Part shown: in pieces, positions 8,508 to 18,394 of the stretch
Layout: each line of letters begins with the position of its first letter
Position numbering within the stretch: the stretch's first letter is position 1
Origin: Candidatus Methylomirabilia bacterium
GTDB lineage: Bacteria > Methylomirabilota > Methylomirabilia > Rokubacteriales > CSP1-6
NCBI GenBank assembly: GCA_041497895.1
Contig: JBGQHJ010000063.1
Coordinates: forward strand, 1 to 26,038
Length of the DNA: 26,038 nucleotides
Direction of reading: 5' to 3'
The notes under the pieces: generated by a model
What the model saw: only the letters and a program-made list of their open reading frames with translations
What the model was told of the DNA's origin: nothing
Databases searched by the model: none
Position numbers and translations under genes: made by a program

Positions 8508-8855
8508 TCACATGGGCCAGACCGGACGCACGTCGACGAAGCCGCCCTCGCGGAGCGGGATCTTCTTCGCCCACTCGAGGGCCTCCTCCTTGCCGTTGCA
8601 GTCGATCAGGTAGAAGCCGCCCAGGGCCTCCTTCGTCTCGGCGAAGGGCCCATCCATGACCTGGCGCTGCCCGGCCTTGAACCGCACCCGGCTGCCGTCG
8701 GCGTCGGGTCGCAGCCGCTCCCCGTGGACCATCTTGCCCGCCGCGCTCAGCTCGGTGGCGAAGCGGCCGTGCCCCTGCACCATGGCCTCCATCTCTGCCT
8801 TGGAAGGCGGGGCCTGGCCCTTGTCGTCGGAGCAGATCAGTAACAGGTAACGCAT
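8508..8855 (-). CDS. YciI/DGPF-family protein
   Basis: GAGGAGG RBS before ATG 8855. MRYLLLI, GERLRP, DGPFAETKEALGGFYLID, EEALEWAK, VDVRPV. Confidence 0.93.
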   Translation of the reverse strand: MRYLLLICSDDKGQAPPSKAEMEAMVQGHGRFATELSAAGKMVHGERLRPDADGSRVRFKAGQRQVMDGPFAETKEALGGFYLIDCNGKEEALEWAKKIPLREGGFVDVRPVWPM

Positions 8856-8912
8856 GGAAGCCTCCTCGTAGTGGGTTGTGGTGGCCGCCAGCGGCTCGGC
8901 CACTACCTATAC

Positions 8913-8939
8913 GACGCCGACCACCCCTTGGAATCGACA
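8913..8939 (-). promoter_or_regulatory. ECF42-dependent promoter
   Basis: Minus strand TGTCGA (8939-8934), N17, CGTC (8916-8913), matching the ECF42 consensus (-35 TGTCGA, -10 CG[A/T]C), directly upstream of the DGPF-ECF42 pair. Confidence 0.75.
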
Positions 8940-8968
8940 GTGCCCCGGGCCGGGCCCGGGAAAGGGAC

Positions 8969-9814
8969 TCAGGCCGGACGCGAGGCGCGCGCCTCGGCGG
9001 CCTTGGCCTGGAGCGCCTCCCACACCGCCATCGGCACGGTGGGGGTGCCCAGCGAGCCGGCGCGGACCGACGGGCCGTGGAAGTCGGAGCCGCCGGTCGC
9101 GACCAGGCCGTAGCGCCGGCACAGGTCCACGTAGGCGCCCCGCTGGGCCGGCGAGTGCTCGGAGTAGTAGCACTCGATGCCCATCAGGCCCGCCTCCACC
9201 AGCGAGGGGATGAGCGCGTCCCGGTCCGCGAGGCCGGGATGCGCGAAGACCGGCACGCCGCCGGCCCGCCGGAGCAGCCGCACCGCGTCCTCGGGCGTGA
9301 GCCGCTTGCGTGGCACGTGGGCGGGCTTGCCCGCGGCCAGGTACTTGTCGAAGGCCTCCCGCACCGTCTTCACGTAGCCGCGCTCGAGCATCACCCGGGC
9401 GATATGGGGGCGGCCCGCCGAGCCTTCCTGCACCAGGGCGAACACGCGCTCCACGTCGATCGGGAGGCCCAGCGCGGCGAGGCGCTCCGCGGTCCGGACC
9501 ACGCGGGCGCGGCGCTCCTCGCGCTGGGCGCGGCAGAAGTCCTGGAACCAGGACGCCTCGTAGTCCATGTAGTAGCCGAGCACGTGGATCTCGGCGCCCT
9601 CCACGTCGCAGTTGATCTCGATGCCCGGCACGATGGTGAGCGGCGGGTGCTCGCGCGCGGCCTCCATGGCCTCGGCGAGGCCGTCGGTGGAGTCGTGGTC
9701 GGTGACCGCGAGCACCCGCACCCCGCGCTTCACCGCCTCCGCGACCAGCTCGCGCGGCCGCAGGGTGCCGTCGGAGCTGGTGGTATGGGTGTGGAGGTCG
9801 ACGCCGCCGGCCAT
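8969..9814 (-). CDS. PHP-domain phosphoesterase (TrpH/YciV/RNase AM-like)
   Basis: DLHTHTTSSDG, TDHD, PGIEI, HVLGY, GRPHIA, AHP and GGSDFHG metal-binding motifs. Confidence 0.92.
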   Translation of the reverse strand: MAGGVDLHTHTTSSDGTLRPRELVAEAVKRGVRVLAVTDHDSTDGLAEAMEAAREHPPLTIVPGIEINCDVEGAEIHVLGYYMDYEASWFQDFCRAQREERRARVVRTAERLAALGLPIDVERVFALVQEGSAGRPHIARVMLERGYVKTVREAFDKYLAAGKPAHVPRKRLTPEDAVRLLRRAGGVPVFAHPGLADRDALIPSLVEAGLMGIECYYSEHSPAQRGAYVDLCRRYGLVATGGSDFHGPSVRAGSLGTPTVPMAVWEALQAKAAEARASRPA

Positions 9815-9830
9815 CGCTCGCGTGGCCCCT

Positions 9831-11342
9831 CTACCGGCGCCCCTCGATCGCCGCGATGTAGCCGAGCAGCGTGCGGACCGTGACCCCGGTGGCGCCCTTG
9901 GGGCCCAGCGGCAGCTCGCGCTCGGTGAAGGCGGTGCCCGCGATGTCGAGATGCGCCCACGGCACGCCGGACGTGAACTCGCGCATGAACAGGCCGGCCA
10001 CGATCGAGCCGGCGCCGCGCTGGCTCGAGATGTTGTTGAGATCGGCGATGTCGCTCTTGAGCCCTTCCTTGTACTCGTCGTGCAGCGGCAGGCGCCACAT
10101 CCGCTCCCCCGCCGCGTCGGCCGCGGCGAGCACGCGGGCGCAGAGCCCGTCGTCGCTCGCCATGACGCCGGAGATACCCTGGCCGAGCGCGATGACCACC
10201 GCCCCGGTCAGCGTGGCCATGTCGATCATCTCGTCCGGCTTGACGTGCTTCGCCGCGTAGGCGAGCGCGTCGGCCAGGGTCAGCCGGCCCTCCGCGTCGG
10301 TGTTGCCGATCTCCACCGTGAGCCCGTTCATGGCCCGCACGATGTCGCCCGGCCGCTGGGCGGTGCCCGAGGGCATGTTCTCGGTGGCCGCGATCAGCCC
10401 GTGCACCTCGACCGGCGGCTTGAGCCGGGGCAGCGCGTCGAAGAGGCCGAGCACCGCGGCGGCTCCCGCCATGTCGTCCTTCATGCGCAGCATCCCGTCC
10501 GCGGTCTTGAGGTCGAGCCCGCCCGAGTCGAAGGTGATGCCCTTGCCGACGATGGCGACCCGCCGCCGGGGGCGCCCCGACGGAGTGTACGTGAGGTGGA
10601 TGAACTTGGGCGGCTCCTCGCTGCCCTGGGCCACGCCCACGTAGGCGCCCATGCCCATCTTGGCGCACTCGGCGCGCTCCATGACGCGCAGCTTGAGATC
10701 GCCCGCGCGGGCGATCTCGCCGGCGCGCCGGGCGAGGAACGCGGGGGTCACCACGTTGGCCGGCTCGTTCACGAGGTCGCGGGTCACGCAGGTGGCCTCG
10801 GCCCAGATCCGCCCGAGCCGCACCCCCTCGCGCGCGCCCGCCGCACCGCGCCGATCGGGCTCGAGCACGGTGAGGGTCCGCACCGCCTTGCCGTTCTTCT
10901 CCTTCAGGTACTTCTCGAAGCGATAGGTGCCGAGCAGCCCGCCTTCCACGACGGCCTGCGCCCGCTCGCGCGGCGAGAGCCCGTCGGCGGGCACGAACAC
11001 CGCGACGGTGGCCGCGCCCAGGTCGCGCGCCCGTCGCACCGCCGCGGAGGCCGCGCGCCGCACCGCCTCCGCGTCCCCGCGCGCCCGCTCCCGCTTCCGC
11101 GGGCCCAGGCCCACCACCAGCACGCGATCGGCCGGGATCTTGCCGCCGGTGTGGACGTAGGAGAGCTGGCCGGGCTTGCCCTCGAACTTCTCGCTCGCGG
11201 AGACCTTCGAGAGCAGGCCGTCCAGCGCGCGGTCCACCGCCGCGATCTCGGCGGGCGGCCGGCCATCGCCGGCGTGCCGCCCCAGCACCAGCACGTCCGC
11301 CCGCGCCTCGATCGGCTTCCGGGTCTCGAGCGCCAGATCCAT
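9831..11342 (-). CDS. pepA: leucyl aminopeptidase (M17)
   Basis: 503 aa. GKGITFDSGG, MKDDMAG, NTDAEGRL, ATLTGA and WAHLDIAG motifs. Confidence 0.96.
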   Translation of the reverse strand: MDLALETRKPIEARADVLVLGRHAGDGRPPAEIAAVDRALDGLLSKVSASEKFEGKPGQLSYVHTGGKIPADRVLVVGLGPRKRERARGDAEAVRRAASAAVRRARDLGAATVAVFVPADGLSPRERAQAVVEGGLLGTYRFEKYLKEKNGKAVRTLTVLEPDRRGAAGAREGVRLGRIWAEATCVTRDLVNEPANVVTPAFLARRAGEIARAGDLKLRVMERAECAKMGMGAYVGVAQGSEEPPKFIHLTYTPSGRPRRRVAIVGKGITFDSGGLDLKTADGMLRMKDDMAGAAAVLGLFDALPRLKPPVEVHGLIAATENMPSGTAQRPGDIVRAMNGLTVEIGNTDAEGRLTLADALAYAAKHVKPDEMIDMATLTGAVVIALGQGISGVMASDDGLCARVLAAADAAGERMWRLPLHDEYKEGLKSDIADLNNISSQRGAGSIVAGLFMREFTSGVPWAHLDIAGTAFTERELPLGPKGATGVTVRTLLGYIAAIEGRR

Positions 11343-11349
11343 TCCTCTC

Positions 11350-11823
11350 TCATCCTCCCTGGGCGAGCGTCCGGGGCCGACCGAGGCGAACCGCCCGGTG
11401 CACCATGTCCGCGAGCCCGTCGGTGGTATCGTACGCCTCGACCTCGCGAATCGGCACCCAGCGCACCTCGGCCGCGTCGCTGCCGGCCCGCGGCGCCCCC
11501 GACTCGATGGACGCCACGTAGTCGATGATCACGTAGTGGTAGTGCACGCGCGGCGCCGCCCCGCCGTCGGCGGGCGCGAGGCGCACGCGGTCGATGACGC
11601 CGCAGAGATCGAGGACGCGAACCTGCACCCCACACTCCTCCTGCACCTCGCGGCGCACCGCGTCCTCGATGCGCTCGCCCAGGTGGACCAGGCCGCCCGG
11701 GATGCTCCACTTGCCCTGCGACGGGGGCTGGCCGCGCTTGACCAGCAGCACCCGGTCGCCGTCGAGGATCACCGCCCCCACGCCGACACGCGGGGCGTCG
11801 GGGTACTCACGGGCGAACGTCAC
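11350..11823 (-). CDS. NUDIX hydrolase
   Basis: GTG start overlapping the upstream TGA (GTGA). REYP..PRVGVGAV and Nudix box PGGLVHLGERIEDAVRREVQEECG, AGSDA. Confidence 0.92.
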   Translation of the reverse strand: MTFAREYPDAPRVGVGAVILDGDRVLLVKRGQPPSQGKWSIPGGLVHLGERIEDAVRREVQEECGVQVRVLDLCGVIDRVRLAPADGGAAPRVHYHYVIIDYVASIESGAPRAGSDAAEVRWVPIREVEAYDTTDGLADMVHRAVRLGRPRTLAQGG

Positions 11824-12677
11824 CGGGCGCGCCCCCGGTTGCCATCTCCGCCCGTCGTGATGGGGTGGGCCGCGATCGAGCGGCCGCAGCGGGTCCAGCG
11901 CTCGGTGGCGTACTTGTCGCGCACGAGCGCCTCGGCCCGCGCCATCTCCTCGGCGGCCAGGCCGCCGGGCGCGAGATCGAGCCGGTGCGCCTCGCGGAAG
12001 CCCTCGGTGAGCGCGGTCATGGTCTCGTCGAAGCCGGGCCGGCGACCGAGCACCGCCTCGAGCGTGGTCATCCCGGCCAGCGGATCGCGCTCGGTCGGGA
12101 AGACGCGGCGAAGCCGCTCGGGGGCCGCGCCCAGCATGACCGCGCCGTGCTGGAGGAAGGCCGTCCCCTGCCGACGCTGCGCGCTGCCCACCACCTTGAG
12201 CCCACCCGCCTCGAGCTCGTAGGAGCCGGTGCGGGCGAAGCAGAAGGCCGGCATCGACGTGGGATCGGAGGGCTGCACCGGCACCATCTCGACCGGCGCC
12301 GAGAGCCGCCGTAGCCCCGCGGTCAGCGCGACGCCGATCCAGCGGTAGGTCTCGAGCAGATCGTCGGCGCCCTCGAAGTCGCCCGCGCGCGCGACCACGC
12401 TGTAGGTCAGCTCGAGGGCGGAGCCCTCGTGGAGAATCGCGCTGCCCCCGGTCGGTCGGCGCACGAGCCCGATGCCGAGCGCGGCGGCCGCGGCCACGTC
12501 GATGCGGTGGTCGAGAGCCTGGCCGTAGCCGAGCGAGACGGTGGCCGGCTCCCACGCGAAGAAGCGGAGGGTCGGCGGCGCGCTGCCGGCGAGGCGGCCC
12601 AGGAGCAGCGCCTCGTCGAGCGCCATGTTGAGCGCGCCGTCGAGCGGCTCGGTGACCAGCAGGCGAAAGGGGGTCAT
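11820..12677 (-). CDS. lipM: octanoyltransferase LipM / lipoate-protein ligase A family
   Basis: NMALDEAL, PTLRFFAW, VRRPTGG and CF....SYEL...GLKVVGSAQRR...FLQHG, which resembles the LipM Cys/Lys region. Adjacent to the gcv genes. Confidence 0.8.
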   Translation of the reverse strand: MTPFRLLVTEPLDGALNMALDEALLLGRLAGSAPPTLRFFAWEPATVSLGYGQALDHRIDVAAAAALGIGLVRRPTGGSAILHEGSALELTYSVVARAGDFEGADDLLETYRWIGVALTAGLRRLSAPVEMVPVQPSDPTSMPAFCFARTGSYELEAGGLKVVGSAQRRQGTAFLQHGAVMLGAAPERLRRVFPTERDPLAGMTTLEAVLGRRPGFDETMTALTEGFREAHRLDLAPGGLAAEEMARAEALVRDKYATERWTRCGRSIAAHPITTGGDGNRGRAR

Positions 12678-12700
12678 CCGCGCGCCCCCTCACCTTCGAG

Positions 12701-12735
12701 CCCCTCACCCTGCCCTCTCCCCGGAGGGGAGAGGG
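12701..12735 (+). repeat. BoxC/REP-like palindromic element
   Basis: CCCCTCACCCTGCCCTCTCCCCGGAGGGGAGAGGG: pyrimidine tail plus a perfect CCCTCTCCCC/GGGGAGAGGG stem. It abuts the gcvPB stop codon, with a partial CCCCCTCACC copy at ~12685-12694. Confidence 0.7.
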
Positions 12736-14217
12736 TTATGGGGACCGGCGCCACCTCAGGACGGGCTGGCGGGCGGCCAGCGTCTGGTCGAGCCGGCGCA
12801 CCGACGTCGTCAGCGGCGCCTGGTGGATGACCTCGTGGTCGGTCTCCGCCTCCCGGGCGATCTGGATCATGGCATCGCAGAACTGGTCGAGCGTCTCCTT
12901 GGACTCGGTCTCGGTCGGCTCGATCATGAGCGCTTCTTCGACGATCAGCGGGAAGTACGTCGTCGGCGCGTAGAAGCCCAGGTCGAGCAGCCGCTTGGCG
13001 ATGTCCATCGCGGTCACCCCGAGCTTCTTCTGGCGCCGCGCCGACATCACGCACTCGTGCATGCAGGGGCCCGGCGTCGAGCGATCGTAGTCGCCCTCGA
13101 GGCGCTTCATGATGTAGTTGGCGTTGAGCACCGCGTTCTCGGAGACCGAGCGCAGCCCGTCCGGGCCCATGGTGCGGATGTAGGTATAGGCCCGCACCAG
13201 CATGCCGAAGTTGCCCCAGAAGGCTTGCAGCTTGCCGATAGACTGTGGCCGGCTCCAGTCGAGCGCGTAGGCCCCCGCGCTCGGGTCGTCGCGCTTCACC
13301 ACCACCGGGGTGGGCAGGAACGGGGCCAGGTGCGCCTTGATGCCCACCGGACCCGAGCCGGGCCCGCCGCCGCCGTGCGGCGTGGTGAAGGTCTTGTGCA
13401 GGTTGAAATGACACACGTCGAATCCCAGGTCGCCGGGCCGGGTGATGCCGAGGATGGCGTTGAAGTTGGCGCCGTCCATGTAGACCTGCACGCCCTTGGC
13501 GTGGCACATCTCGGTGATCTGGTGGATCTTCGACTCGAAGAGCCCCAGCGTGTTGGGCTGGGTGATCATGAACGCGGCCACGTCCTCGTCGAGGTTCCGC
13601 TCGAGGTCGGCCAGGTCCACCTCACCGCTGGCCTCGGACTTGAGCTCCACGATCGAGAAGCCGGCCAGCGCGGTGGAGGCCGGGTTCGTCCCGTGGGCGG
13701 AGTCCGGGATCAGCACCTTGTGGCGGCGCTCGCCGCGGGCCAGGTGGTAGGCGCGGATCATCAGCACCCCGGCCAGCTCGCCCTGCGCGCCCGCGGCGGG
13801 CTGGAGCGACACCTCGTCCATCCCCGAGATCTCGGCCAGGTCGCGCGCGAGCTCGTGCATCAGCCGGAGCGCACCCTGGCTCGCCGCCTCCGGGGCCAGC
13901 GGATGCAGCCGCGCGAAGCCCTGGAGCCGCGCCATGTCCTCGTTGATCTTGGGGTTGTACTTCATCGTGCACGAGCCGAGCGGGTAGAAGTGGGTGTCGA
14001 CGCCGTAGTTCATCTGGGAGAGGCGCGAGTAGTGGCGGATCACGTCCACTTCCGAGACCTCGGGCAGCTCGGCCACGCTCGCGCGCAGATGCTCCTTCGG
14101 CAGCAGCGCGGCCGGATCGCTATCCGGCACGTCGCTCTCGGGCAGCGAGTAGGCGAAGCGGCCGGGCGAGGAGAGCTCGAAGATCAGCTTGTCGTAGGCG
14201 GGCTTGGCGGCGTGCAT
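12736..14217 (-). CDS. gcvPB: glycine dehydrogenase (decarboxylating) subunit 2
   Basis: [48 protein letters not shown] (PLP Lys), [10 protein letters not shown]. Confidence 0.97.
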   Translation of the reverse strand: MHAAKPAYDKLIFELSSPGRFAYSLPESDVPDSDPAALLPKEHLRASVAELPEVSEVDVIRHYSRLSQMNYGVDTHFYPLGSCTMKYNPKINEDMARLQGFARLHPLAPEAASQGALRLMHELARDLAEISGMDEVSLQPAAGAQGELAGVLMIRAYHLARGERRHKVLIPDSAHGTNPASTALAGFSIVELKSEASGEVDLADLERNLDEDVAAFMITQPNTLGLFESKIHQITEMCHAKGVQVYMDGANFNAILGITRPGDLGFDVCHFNLHKTFTTPHGGGGPGSGPVGIKAHLAPFLPTPVVVKRDDPSAGAYALDWSRPQSIGKLQAFWGNFGMLVRAYTYIRTMGPDGLRSVSENAVLNANYIMKRLEGDYDRSTPGPCMHECVMSARRQKKLGVTAMDIAKRLLDLGFYAPTTYFPLIVEEALMIEPTETESKETLDQFCDAMIQIAREAETDHEVIHQAPLTTSVRRLDQTLAARQPVLRWRRSP

Positions 14218-14224
14218 GGCGGCC

Positions 14225-15568
14225 TCAGGCCAGCGCGGCGCGGAGCGCGGCCGCGTAGGCGTCGATCTCGTCCTTGGTGCGCTTCTCGGTCACCGCCACC
14301 AGCAGGCAGTCCTTGTAGGCGCGGTCGAAGCCCTTGAGCGGCACGCCGGCGAGGAGGCGGTCCTTCATGAGCCGCTTGATCACCCGCTCGGGCGACTTCG
14401 GCAGCTGGAGCGCGAACTCCTTGAAGAACGGCGCGCCGAAGCGCAGGCGCACCCCCGGGAGCTTCGCGAGCTCGCGGGCCGCGTAGTGCGCCTTCGCGGT
14501 CGAGAGCTCCCCGACCTTCCGCAGGCCACGCTTGCCGAGGATCGCCACGTAGATGGTGGCCATCAGCGCGCAGAGCGCCACGTTGGTGCAGATGTTGGAG
14601 GTGGCCTTCTCGCGGCGGATGTGCTGCTCGCGCGTCTGCAGGGTGAGCACGAAGCCGCGCTGACCGTCCACGTCCACGGTGGCGCCCACCAGGCGGCCGG
14701 GCATCCGGCGGACCAGCTCCCGCTTGGCCGCGAACACCCCCAGGTTGGGACCGCCGAAGCTCATCGGCACCCCGAGCCCCTGCCCCTCGCCCACCACGAT
14801 ATCGGCGCCGGAGGCGCCCGGGGGTGTGAGCAATCCCAGGTTGATCGGGTCGGCGACCACGACCAGCAGCGCGCCGGCCTCGTGGGCGCAGTCGGCCGCC
14901 GCGCGCACGTCCTCGAGGCAGCCGAAGAAGTTCGGGTACTGGATCACCACCGCGGCGGTGTACTTCGACACCGCCTTCCGCAGCGCGTCCAGGTCGGTGA
15001 CCCCGTCGCCGAGCGGCGCCGACTTGATCTTGAGCCCCGGCCCCTCCACGTAGGTCTCGACCACCTGCCGGTAGAGCGGGTTGACCCCACGCGAGATCAC
15101 GAGGGTGTCGCGACCGGTCACCGAGTGGGCCATCAGCGCCGCCTCGGCCAGCGAGGAGGCGCCGTCGTAGATGGAGGCGTTGGCCACGTCCATGCCGGTC
15201 AGCTCGGCCATCATCGTCTGGTACTCGAAGATGGAGCGGAGCGTGCCCTGGCTGGCTTCCGGCTGGTACGGGGTGTAAGCGGTGAAGAACTCGCCGCGCG
15301 AGATCAGGTGGTTGATCGGGCTCGGGACCGCGTGGTCGTAGGAGCCGGCGCCGAGGAAGCAGGCGTAGTCGTCGGCGCCCGCGTTCAGCCCGGCCAGCCG
15401 CTGCAGGTGCCGCACCAGGTCGGTCTCGGCCATCGCGCCCGGCAGGGCGAGCGGGCGCGAGAGGCGCGCCTTGACCGGGATGCGGACCAGCAGATCCTCG
15501 ATCGAGGAGGCTCCGATGACCGCGAGCATCTCCTTCTGCTGGGCGGGCGTGTTCGAGATGTAGCGCAT
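14225..15568 (-). CDS. gcvPA: glycine dehydrogenase (decarboxylating) subunit 1
   Basis: [52 protein letters not shown]. Confidence 0.97.
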   Translation of the reverse strand: MRYISNTPAQQKEMLAVIGASSIEDLLVRIPVKARLSRPLALPGAMAETDLVRHLQRLAGLNAGADDYACFLGAGSYDHAVPSPINHLISRGEFFTAYTPYQPEASQGTLRSIFEYQTMMAELTGMDVANASIYDGASSLAEAALMAHSVTGRDTLVISRGVNPLYRQVVETYVEGPGLKIKSAPLGDGVTDLDALRKAVSKYTAAVVIQYPNFFGCLEDVRAAADCAHEAGALLVVVADPINLGLLTPPGASGADIVVGEGQGLGVPMSFGGPNLGVFAAKRELVRRMPGRLVGATVDVDGQRGFVLTLQTREQHIRREKATSNICTNVALCALMATIYVAILGKRGLRKVGELSTAKAHYAARELAKLPGVRLRFGAPFFKEFALQLPKSPERVIKRLMKDRLLAGVPLKGFDRAYKDCLLVAVTEKRTKDEIDAYAAALRAALA

Positions 15569-15584
15569 GCCGTCCCCTTCTCCG

Positions 15585-15977
15585 CTAGTGGCCCGCCCCG
15601 GCGGTGAGCTTCTCGTAGTCGCCCGCGCTCATGAGCCCGTCGACCTCCTTCGGGTTGCTCATCCGGATCACCAGCATCCAGCCCTGCCCGTAGGGATCGC
15701 TGTTCACGAGCTCCGGCTTCTTGGGTAGTAGGGCGTTGACCTCGACGACCTCGCCGGTGATCGGCGCGAACAGGTCCGAGACCGCCTTCACCGACTCCAC
15801 CACCCCGAACGTCTTCATCGCGGTGACCTTCGCGCCCACCTTCGGCAGCTCCACGAAGACCACGTCGCCGAGCTGCTCCTGGGCGAACGCGGTGATACCG
15901 ATGCGGGCCCGGTCGCCTTCCACCTTGGCCCACTCGTGCTCGCGCGTGTACCTGAGATCGGGCGGAACGTTCGCCAT
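15585..15977 (-). CDS. gcvH: glycine cleavage system H protein
   Basis: GAGGAG RBS before ATG 15977. LRYTREHEW, AQEQLGDVVFVELP, ESVKAVSD (lipoyl Lys), NSDPYGQGW. Confidence 0.97.
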   Translation of the reverse strand: MANVPPDLRYTREHEWAKVEGDRARIGITAFAQEQLGDVVFVELPKVGAKVTAMKTFGVVESVKAVSDLFAPITGEVVEVNALLPKKPELVNSDPYGQGWMLVIRMSNPKEVDGLMSAGDYEKLTAGAGH

Positions 15978-15988
15978 CGACTCCTCTC

Positions 15989-17110
15989 CTAGGCCTTCTT
16001 GGTATGCGAGGGATGGAACGGGGTCTTCACCACCCGGGCCGCGTGCAGCGCGCCCCGGATCTCCACCGACAGCTCGCTGCCCACCGTGGCCTGGGCCGAC
16101 GCCACGTAGCCCATTCCGATCGAGCGCTCGACCGACGGGCCGAACGAGCCGGAGGTGACCACGCCGACCGGCGCGCCAGCCGCCATCAGGCGGTAGCCGT
16201 GCCGGGGCACCGCGCGCTCGGCCATCTCGAACCCCACCAGCTTGCGGCCGATGCCCCGCGCGCGCAGCGCCTCGATGGCCGCGCGCCCGATGAAGTCGCC
16301 CTTGGCCGGCTTCACCACCCAGCCGAGCCCGGCCTCGAGCGGATTGGTGGTCTGGTCGATGTCGTTGCCGTAGAGCGCGTACTTCATCTCGAGCCGGAGC
16401 GTGTCGCGGGCCCCGAGCCCGATCGGCTTGATGCCGTCGCCCCGTCCCGCCTCGAGCAGTGCCGACCAGAGCCGCTCGGCCTGCCCGGCCGGCACGTACA
16501 GCTCGAAGCCGTCCTCGCCGGTGTAGCCGGTGCGGGAGATGAGCCCGGCCACGCCGGCCACCGCCCCGCGGGCGAAGTGGTAGTAGCCGAGGCCGGTCAC
16601 GTCGCGGTCGGCGAGCCGGGCCACCAGCGCTTCCGCCCTCGGCCCCTGCACCGCGAGCAGCGCGGTCTCGTCGCTGACGTTCGTCCAATCGGCGCGCCCC
16701 TCGCTATGCGAGGTCACCCACCCCCAGTCCTTCTCGATGTTGGAGGCGTTGACCACCAGCATGAAGTGATCGGCGGCCAGCCGGTAGACGGTCAGGTCGT
16801 CCACGATGCCGCCCTCCGGGTAGCAGAGGGCCGCGTACTGGACCTGGCCGATCGCGAGCGTGGAGGCGTCGTTGGTGCAGAGCCGCTGGACCGATGCCAA
16901 GGCGTCGGAGCCGCGCACCTCGAACTCGCCCATGTGGCTGATGTCGAAGAGCCCGACCGCGCCGCGCACCGTCCGGTGCTCGTCGATGATGCCGGTGTAC
17001 TGCACCGGCATGTCCCAGCCGCCGAAGGGAACCATCTTGGCGCCCGCCTTGACGTGCACGTCGCGGAGCGGGGTGCGCTTGAGCGGGGTCGAGGCGGTCG
17101 CGTCAGTCAT
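15989..17110 (-). CDS. gcvT: glycine cleavage system aminomethyltransferase T
   Basis: FGGWDMPVQY, GLFDISHMGE, SRTGYTGEDGFE, GLGARDTLRLE. Confidence 0.97.
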   Translation of the reverse strand: MTDATASTPLKRTPLRDVHVKAGAKMVPFGGWDMPVQYTGIIDEHRTVRGAVGLFDISHMGEFEVRGSDALASVQRLCTNDASTLAIGQVQYAALCYPEGGIVDDLTVYRLAADHFMLVVNASNIEKDWGWVTSHSEGRADWTNVSDETALLAVQGPRAEALVARLADRDVTGLGYYHFARGAVAGVAGLISRTGYTGEDGFELYVPAGQAERLWSALLEAGRGDGIKPIGLGARDTLRLEMKYALYGNDIDQTTNPLEAGLGWVVKPAKGDFIGRAAIEALRARGIGRKLVGFEMAERAVPRHGYRLMAAGAPVGVVTSGSFGPSVERSIGMGYVASAQATVGSELSVEIRGALHAARVVKTPFHPSHTKKA

Positions 17111-17128
17111 CAGATCGGCGCCGTCATC

Positions 17129-17563
17129 TTACTGGATGGCGCCGGACGGGGCAACGATCCCGTACCCGCGACTCTCCATGCACGCGATCCACTCGCGCTC
17201 GAAGCGCGACCGGACGCCGATGCCGAGCACGGTGCCGGCGATGACCCCCGCGCCGGAGCCCGCGATCAGCCCCTCGCTGGCCGAGCCGGTCGCGGTGGCC
17301 GGCGACAACCCGGTCGCGACCCCGCCGAGCGCCGCCCCCGCGGTGCCGAGCACGAAGACGTGGCGGAGCACGTTGAGCGCCTCGGAGTCGTCGCCGTTGT
17401 AGCCCAGGCGATAGCCCACCTCCGCCCGGCAGTCGACGACGTCGAGCCGTTGCTGGGTGGCGGTCTGCTCCCGCAGGGCGGTGGTCGCCGGCAGCTTGGT
17501 CGCCCCGCAGCCCGAGGCGGTCAGCGCGGCGGCCAGCACCAGTCCGGCCGCGCGACCGGGCAT
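17129..17563 (-). CDS. hypothetical glycine-zipper lipoprotein
   Basis: The ATG overlaps the pxpA stop (TGATG). Lipobox LTASG|C, QQRLDVVDC, GxxxG-rich hairpin (GTAGAALGG...GSGAGVIAG) and C-terminal ACMESRGY. Confidence 0.75.
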   Translation of the reverse strand: MPGRAAGLVLAAALTASGCGATKLPATTALREQTATQQRLDVVDCRAEVGYRLGYNGDDSEALNVLRHVFVLGTAGAALGGVATGLSPATATGSASEGLIAGSGAGVIAGTVLGIGVRSRFEREWIACMESRGYGIVAPSGAIQ

Positions 17564-18387
17564 CACCGGGCGGGCAGCCAGTCGCGCAGCGGCTTGACCT
17601 GGCAGCCCGCCTTCTCCAGCGCCTCCCGCACCGCGCGCACGATGCGCTCCGCGCCCGGGGTGTCGCCGTGGCAGCAGATGGTCTGGACCGAGATGTCGAT
17701 GTCCACGCCGTCCATGGTGCGGACCTTGCCCTGCACCGCCATCTGGACCGCCTGGGCCGCGGCGCGGGCCGGGTCGGTGATGAGCGAGCCCGCGATCTTG
17801 CGGGAGACGAGGGTACCGTCCACGTTGTAGGCGCGGTCCGCGAAGCCCTCCGAGGCCACCCGCGCGCCCATCTTCCGGCAGGTCGCGTCGTAGCGGCCGG
17901 AGGCGAGCGTCATCAGGATGAGGCCCGAGTCCATCGCGGACTGGCCGGCCACGGAAGCGAGCGCCTCATCGGCCTCCATCATGCCGTAGAGGATGCCGTG
18001 GGGCTTCAGGTGCTGCAACTCCGCGCCCGCCGCCCGCGCGATCTCGCGCAGCGCGCCGGTCTGGTACGCGAGGTAGTCCTGCAGCTCGTGCGGGCTCACG
18101 TCCATCTTGCGCCGGCCGAAGCCCATCAGGTCGGGCAGCGAGGGGTGCGCCCCGAGAGCGACTCCATGGGTGAGCGCCAGCTCCACCGTCTTGCGCATCA
18201 CGTGCGGGTCGCCACCGTGGAAGCCGCACGCCACGTTGGCCGAGCTGATGAGCGGCATGATGGCCTCGTCGGCCCCGAGCGTCCAGCGCCCGTACGACTC
18301 GCCCATGTCGCAGTTGAGGTCGATGGTCTTGCGAGCCGCAGCCGAAGGCGAGGCGAGCGCATTTGAAAGGGGGGCAAGGGTGGTCAT
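17563..18387 (-). CDS. pxpA: 5-oxoprolinase subunit A (LamB/YcsF family)
   Basis: IDLNCDMGES, SSANVACGFHGGDP, GAHPS.PDL.GFGRR, HLKPHG.LY, EGFADRAY, TICCHGD. Confidence 0.93.
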   Translation of the reverse strand: MTTLAPLSNALASPSAAARKTIDLNCDMGESYGRWTLGADEAIMPLISSANVACGFHGGDPHVMRKTVELALTHGVALGAHPSLPDLMGFGRRKMDVSPHELQDYLAYQTGALREIARAAGAELQHLKPHGILYGMMEADEALASVAGQSAMDSGLILMTLASGRYDATCRKMGARVASEGFADRAYNVDGTLVSRKIAGSLITDPARAAAQAVQMAVQGKVRTMDGVDIDISVQTICCHGDTPGAERIVRAVREALEKAGCQVKPLRDWLPAR

Positions 18388-18394
18388 GGTCGCC

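Noticed and set aside
17111..17128. Glycine riboswitch upstream of gcvT
   Set aside because: Only 18 nt separate gcvT from the upstream gene, so there is no room or motif.
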